This document shows, piece by piece, positions 45,210-49,798 of a DNA stretch of 49,798 bases. A program made the position numbers and the translations under genes. The notes below the pieces were generated by a model that was not told the DNA's origin, ran no database searches, and was given only the letters and a program-made list of their open reading frames with translations. The DNA is from Terriglobia bacterium (GTDB lineage Bacteria > Acidobacteriota > Terriglobia > 20CM-2-55-15), in contig DATFXZ010000007.1 of assembly GCA_035315305.1 (NCBI GenBank), forward strand, positions 1 to 49,798, read 5' to 3'. Every line of letters begins with the position of its first letter. Position 1 is the stretch's first letter.

Positions 45210-45863
45210 TCAGGTGACTAATTTCAGACGTACTGCATGTCGCAGGAGCTCCGCACTGTGCTGCACGCGTAGAATCCGCATCATGCGGTATTTGTGCCAC
45301 TCGACTGTTCGCGTCGACAGGTTCATGATCGAGCCGATCTCCTTGGTTGTTTTTCCTTCAGCAAATAGCTGCAGGATTTCGCGTTGCCTTTGCGTGAGCT
45401 GGTCGTATTCCGATGAAAGCGTCGTTTGGTTTCTCATTACCTCGAGCACATCGTTTGCGATGGACGGTGAAAGGTACATGTGGTTTTCCAGTACCGTCTC
45501 GATGGCAACGGTCAGTTCTTCATAGCTGCACTCCTTGGTCACAAATGCGGAGCCGCCGCACTTGAAACATTCACGAGCAAGATCAGGGTCGGCATGCATG
45601 CTCAAAAATACGATCTTTGGCGGCCGCGCATCCTTCCGAATCGTGCGAACGGCCTCTAGACCGTTTAAGAGCGGCATCGTGATGTCCGTCACAATTACGT
45701 CTGGGTGCAGCATTCGTGAGAATTCTCGAAGTGCTCTCCCATTCTCGACCAGTCCGACCACCTCGTATCTGGAACTCAGTAACTTTGCGAGCGTCTCAAT
45801 AAAGACGCTATGGTCGTCCGCTAACAACACCCGATGCAGAGTCGTGCCTTCTCGCGTTGACAT
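45210..45863 (-). CDS. NarL/LuxR-family response regulator
   Basis: Start chosen at ATG 45863 (MSTREGTTLHRVLLADDHSVF). VIVTDITMPLLNG, and the LuxR HTH LTQRQREILQLFAEGKTTKEIGSIMNLSTRTVEWHKYRMMRILR. The track ORF extension to 46028 overlaps the divergent gene. Confidence 0.88.
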   Translation of the reverse strand: MSTREGTTLHRVLLADDHSVFIETLAKLLSSRYEVVGLVENGRALREFSRMLHPDVIVTDITMPLLNGLEAVRTIRKDARPPKIVFLSMHADPDLARECFKCGGSAFVTKECSYEELTVAIETVLENHMYLSPSIANDVLEVMRNQTTLSSEYDQLTQRQREILQLFAEGKTTKEIGSIMNLSTRTVEWHKYRMMRILRVQHSAELLRHAVRLKLVT

Positions 45864-45994
45864 GTGTCCATATACATCACGGGCGTTGCGCGTGGCGCAA
45901 TGTGGCGTATTCCGTAAGCATTCCGAAAATTTACCAGCTACCTCACGCACTTGTCCGGATACCGGACACACCCAGCTTTCATTACAGTGTGCGC

Positions 45995-47335
45995 ATGAAG
46001 CGGCGACCAAACGCGCAAGCCTGGGCACGCGAGGAAATTCAGAAAGTGGCCGAGGAAGGTTACATCTATGGATATCCCCTCGTTCTTATGGATCTGATGC
46101 GCCGACTGCACACTGCCGTGCCATTCCCAACAGCCGAAGGGGCGCCGCTGAATCAATTCTCACACAGCAGATTTCTTCCCGACCCTCACACGAAGGAGAC
46201 ACCCCGGCCGCATGCGGATAGCCTTCGATCCACAGCATGGCTGGACGTTTCCTCGCAGCCCATCATTCTGAGGATTCCGCCGATGGATCGGTACTATCTG
46301 CTCTCCATCTTCAGCGCATGGGGTGATCTGTTTGACACAATGAGTCCTCGGACTACTGGCATGGGAGGGACGTGCGTGGCCTTCGCAGGTCCCAGCTGGC
46401 ATGGCAGGTTGCCGGATGGTATCAAGCGGCTGGGGGCGACGACCGAGACGCTTTGGATCAACGGCCGTATTCAAGCTGCCGGCGTTGAAGATCTTCAGAT
46501 CGTTCATGCCAAGCAGGACCAATTTCAGCTGACACCGTTGAGCGAATGGGGTCAACCTGCTTCGACACATCCCTCTCCGTTCCCTCCAGACCTGGACAGG
46601 CGGATGACGCCGGAAGAACAAGTCGAAAATTTGAGTGCGCCGGCGTTTTATACCCGCCTCTCGCGGTTGATCCGAAAGATTCCCCCGCAGGCGCGCGACG
46701 CCCCGATGATGCGGCGACTGTCGCAGATCGGATTCGTCCCATCGGAAGAGTTTGCCTTCGAAACGCTGTCCTCCGCCACTGTGCAGGCAATGCACGACGC
46801 GGCGCTTGAAGCGCAGCGGACCATTGCACGCGCCGCACAGGTACCTGCAATGAAGATCAATAATTGGTCGTTGCCCCTACATCCTCGTCGTTTTGAAACG
46901 AATTACCTGAGCCGGGCCGTTACCGCACGGAATGCGTTCTGGAATTCTCTCGCCGAGGACGTCATCGTCTATGAAACGGCACAAGACCGGGCGGGAGAGT
47001 CGCTCAAGGGCACGAACCAATACGTAATTCATTTTGATCAGGAACATGTTCCTCCAGTTAACGCTTTCTGGTCGATCACCGTATACGATTCCAGGCGATT
47101 ACTGCCTGCTAACGCCATCCACCGCCATGTTCTCGGTGATCGCGATCGACTCAGACTCAATCCCGACAATTCGCTTTCGATTTACATTCAGCACGAATGG
47201 CCGGGTACCGCGAACGACTCCAATTGGCTTCCCGCACCCAAGGCTGGGTTTGATCTCATTCTCCAGTTGTATTGGCCGAAGAGCGAAGTTCTGAACGGCA
47301 TCTGGCGGCCGCCTGCTCTAATGCGTATTCGCTGA
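45995..47335 (+). CDS. DUF1254 + DUF1214 domain-containing protein
   Basis: Start chosen at ATG 45995. EGYIYGYPLVLMDL is DUF1254-like. NAFWSITVYDSRRLL...SNWLPAPKAGFDLILQLYWPK is DUF1214-like. No obvious signal peptide. Confidence 0.8.
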   Translation: MKRRPNAQAWAREEIQKVAEEGYIYGYPLVLMDLMRRLHTAVPFPTAEGAPLNQFSHSRFLPDPHTKETPRPHADSLRSTAWLDVSSQPIILRIPPMDRYYLLSIFSAWGDLFDTMSPRTTGMGGTCVAFAGPSWHGRLPDGIKRLGATTETLWINGRIQAAGVEDLQIVHAKQDQFQLTPLSEWGQPASTHPSPFPPDLDRRMTPEEQVENLSAPAFYTRLSRLIRKIPPQARDAPMMRRLSQIGFVPSEEFAFETLSSATVQAMHDAALEAQRTIARAAQVPAMKINNWSLPLHPRRFETNYLSRAVTARNAFWNSLAEDVIVYETAQDRAGESLKGTNQYVIHFDQEHVPPVNAFWSITVYDSRRLLPANAIHRHVLGDRDRLRLNPDNSLSIYIQHEWPGTANDSNWLPAPKAGFDLILQLYWPKSEVLNGIWRPPALMRIR

Positions 47336-47343
47336 GGTAAGCT

Positions 47344-49182
47344 ATGGCAAGTCTACGAAACGGTTCGCCTGAGCCGAACGGAAAAGTCGCAAGTTATCCC
47401 GTTGAACGTTTTGTTACAGATTTTAGCCGCTTGATCACAGACGTCAATCGGTTGATGACGGACCTTAGCAATGTCAGCGACAGGCAGAACAGCCACAGGA
47501 AAACAAAGCGCGAACGTCAGAAACCGGTACTCGATGACACGATTTCAAGTCTGCGGGAACACGCGCGATCTTTCGTCACGTCCGCAATGCGCTTTCACGC
47601 ACTCTACGAACGAGTCCCGGTGCCATACATGGAGCTCGACGCAAAAGCCCGAATCCTGCGGACAAACACCGAATGTCGCGTGTTGCTCGACGCGGTAGGG
47701 AAACCCGTGTTGGGGAAGGCTCTGTTTGACTTCGTCTCAGAGTCGGACGCTCAACGACTTCGAGAACACCTGGCCATTTGCCGACATACGGACAAGCCGT
47801 GCGCTCTCCCAACCTCGATCATGCACAAAGGAGAAAGGCTGCCGATCGAATTCCGCATTCGTCGCCACGCGGCCGGCAGCCAGATCGGCTATGTAGCAGT
47901 GGTGCTTCAAAGCCCGCATTCCTTGCGCAGCATTGCCATTCGCGGCGAGATCCGAAAAGACCACGCAACATTGTTTCATCAATTCGTGATCGAACTTAGC
48001 AATGCGCAAGCATTCATGTCTGTCGTGGAAACCATTGGGAGCTACTGCAGTCGTGCGTTCGCCAGCCCCGCCGGCATGATCTTCGTTGAACGTGATGGCC
48101 AACTCCGGCTGGTTTCACAATGGAGATCGAAATACGTCTCGAAGAGATATTTCTCGGAGGAACGAATCAGGAACGGGCCTGTCACGCTTGCGTTCCGAAA
48201 AGGCGCCTCCATCTTTTGGTCGCAAACGAAATCAAACAGCGATGTTTCGCGTTATTTGCGTCGCCTTTTTCCCGGGACCCGGGGTCGCAGTCTGGCGTTC
48301 CTTCCCATCAGCACGTCGGCAGGACAACCTGCTGGGGTCCTCGCGATGGTCCTCCTCCATGAGGGTGAGTTGGCAACCGATATTCGCGGGGACATGGCCC
48401 GGTTGGGGCAGATCGTATCCGGTTCAATTATTCGGGCGCGTGCCTACGACGACGCCATGGCTGCGCGTCTTGCGGCTGAAAACGCCAATCAACGGCAGGC
48501 AGAGTTTCTTTCCGTGATTTCTCACGAACTCAGGAATCCAATGACGCCCATTCTGAACTGGGCTGTCGCTCTAAGCAGTGGAAGTCTGCCGGCCGACAAG
48601 CAAACCTTTGCCACTGAAGCAATCATCCGAAATGTAAGAGCTCTCAATTATCTGATCGATGATCTTTTTGATGTCGCGCGCATATCGTCCGGAAAGCTGC
48701 GGCTGGACTTGGCGGAAATACGCATACAGGAGGTCGCGCGCGAAGCGTTGACGGCCACTCAACAGATGGCGGAAAGCAAGAAGCTGCGTATCACCACGGA
48801 TATTTCGGAAGGTATACCGCGATTCCTTGCAGATCCTCGCCGCGTTCGTCAGGTATTAGTAAATCTGTTGAACAATGCTGTGAAGTTTACTCCGGGAGGC
48901 GGATCCATTACGTTGAAGGTGACGAAGCGCCGCGGTGCCGTCGAGTGCACCGTCGCGGACACTGGTAAGGGTATCGACTCTGAATTCCTGCCTTTTGTAT
49001 TCGATCGATTCCGGCAGGAGAATCGTTCCCCAAAAACGAAAGCTGCGGGTCTGGGCCTCGGGTTGTCCATCGTGCGCGAAATCGTCGAACTCCACGGAGG
49101 AAGTATCAAGGCGCACAGCCGAGGTGCAGATCAGGGCGCAACCTTCATAGTCCGCCTGCCCCTGCGAAGACATCGTGTTTGA
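47344..49182 (+). CDS. cytoplasmic sensor histidine kinase, PAS + GAF-like + HisKA + HATPase_c
   Basis: H-box FLSVISHELRNPMTPI, N-box LLNNAVKFTPGGG, DTGKGI, and GLGLGLSIVREIVELHGG. The upstream PAS-like and GAF-like regions contain no TM segment. Confidence 0.9.
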   Translation: MASLRNGSPEPNGKVASYPVERFVTDFSRLITDVNRLMTDLSNVSDRQNSHRKTKRERQKPVLDDTISSLREHARSFVTSAMRFHALYERVPVPYMELDAKARILRTNTECRVLLDAVGKPVLGKALFDFVSESDAQRLREHLAICRHTDKPCALPTSIMHKGERLPIEFRIRRHAAGSQIGYVAVVLQSPHSLRSIAIRGEIRKDHATLFHQFVIELSNAQAFMSVVETIGSYCSRAFASPAGMIFVERDGQLRLVSQWRSKYVSKRYFSEERIRNGPVTLAFRKGASIFWSQTKSNSDVSRYLRRLFPGTRGRSLAFLPISTSAGQPAGVLAMVLLHEGELATDIRGDMARLGQIVSGSIIRARAYDDAMAARLAAENANQRQAEFLSVISHELRNPMTPILNWAVALSSGSLPADKQTFATEAIIRNVRALNYLIDDLFDVARISSGKLRLDLAEIRIQEVAREALTATQQMAESKKLRITTDISEGIPRFLADPRRVRQVLVNLLNNAVKFTPGGGSITLKVTKRRGAVECTVADTGKGIDSEFLPFVFDRFRQENRSPKTKAAGLGLGLSIVREIVELHGGSIKAHSRGADQGATFIVRLPLRRHRV

Positions 49183-49798
49183 CAGGACAGGGGGGCAGCC
49201 CCCACGTCCCCAGCCGATCAAGCAACTTTCGTCCCGCCTGCAACACCTCACGCTGGATCGCCGGCGGCTTCCAGGTGCCATCCAAAATTTCTTTCTTAGG
49301 GGAGTACAGCCGCATAAAGAGATTAAAGTTGCCGTTTGGTGCGGGCAGCCAATTCGACTCCTTATCTGCGCCTGGCGATTGTTGCCGGACATACAAAGTT
49401 AAAGATCCGTCAGCATCAAACTTCAGTTTGTCCTGGTCGCCAATCGCGTAACGATTAATTGGGTTCTGAACGAAGAACTGTTTGGGGTCGTACAGCGCGA
49501 TCGACCAGAATGCTTCTACAGGCGGGAGCTGACCGTTTGCGAACCGTATGACATAGCGGTTTGTGCCCATGAGAGGCTGACCGTCGGCATCCTTCGTTGC
49601 GCGAGGATAGACTGCGTCTTCGGGTAAATTCGCGCCAAGTTCAATCAGCGCCACAATCGCGCGAAAGAGGTAGTTGGTTCCATAACGTCCCACGTTCGTC
49701 ATGACATCCCAACCATTAATTTGTTTACCCTGCGGTTTTGCAGCTTCTCTGGTAATTCTGGCCTGACCGGCAACGATTCCTCGACCGAGCGCTTCAGC
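49145..49798 (-). CDS. DUF1214 (DUF1254/DUF1214 family) protein, 5' end beyond window
   Basis: The frame is open to the window end (AEALGRGIVAGQARITREAAKPQGKQINGWDV...). EAFWSIALYDPKQFF...SNWLPAPNGNFNLFMRLYSPK is paralogous to 45995..47335. The 3' end overlaps the convergent kinase by 38 bp. Confidence 0.8.
   Translation of the reverse strand, partial: AEALGRGIVAGQARITREAAKPQGKQINGWDVMTNVGRYGTNYLFRAIVALIELGANLPEDAVYPRATKDADGQPLMGTNRYVIRFANGQLPPVEAFWSIALYDPKQFFVQNPINRYAIGDQDKLKFDADGSLTLYVRQQSPGADKESNWLPAPNGNFNLFMRLYSPKKEILDGTWKPPAIQREVLQAGRKLLDRLGTWGLPPCPVKHDVFAGAGGL

Noticed and set aside
45857-46028. Long N-terminal extensions of RR 45210..46028 and DUF1254 ORF 45857..47335, which would overlap each other
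   Set aside because: The extensions are mutually antisense, lack domain content and precede sensible internal ATGs (45863 and 45995). I treated 45864-45994 as a divergent promoter region.
1-49798. CRISPR arrays, IS elements or transposases, integrases, toxin-antitoxin pairs and known defence-system genes
   Set aside because: The ORF track shows no regularly spaced direct repeats and no transposase, integrase, nuclease or Cas-like translations. The only repeats seen are the two palindromic elements reported above.

Overview
The window looks like an Acidobacteria-type chromosome segment. This is inferred from a TIGR03436-like VWA protein, a CarboxypepD_reg/TonB-dependent-receptor-like barrel, a DUF1552/DUF1592 pair and two soil-Acidobacteria-style palindromic repeat families. 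Bases 1-20.9 kb are mainly housekeeping genes: mutL (5' truncated), hup, add, an ankyrin-DUF1592-DUF1552 operon divergent from oxyR, a three-gene ABC module, then rho-engB-lon-clpX-clpP-tig-tRNA-Leu(UAG) on the minus strand. Bases 20.9-49.8 kb hold regulatory and envelope genes. These include five NarL/LuxR response regulators, three HisKA_3 kinases, one HisKA/GAF kinase, two stand-alone receiver proteins, FKBP, CBS/rhodanese proteins, a PA2779/PA2778-like pair, a small ZAS-motif ORF with DUF1326 and DUF2182, a VWA plus TBDR-like operon, an FGE-type enzyme, a frameshifted DUF4136 remnant, a secreted protein with an LPKTAS C-terminal signal, and two DUF1254/DUF1214 paralogues. I saw no CRISPR array, transposase, integrase or recognisable defence or toxin-antitoxin module. 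I cannot point to one clear-cut novel system. The best candidates for follow-up are: (1) a C39-like peptidase fused to a POTRA/beta-barrel-like region, with its small partner gene; (2) the TBDR-like/VWA operon, which has RGG-type glycine tracts and an in-frame TAA; (3) a 41-bp-arm palindrome that appears to encode a signal peptide; (4) the ZAS mini-ORF with DUF1326 and DUF2182; (5) a nested, GGA-rich palindrome in a 483-bp gap inside the two-component island. All family assignments come from motif recognition by eye and need HMM or BLAST confirmation.
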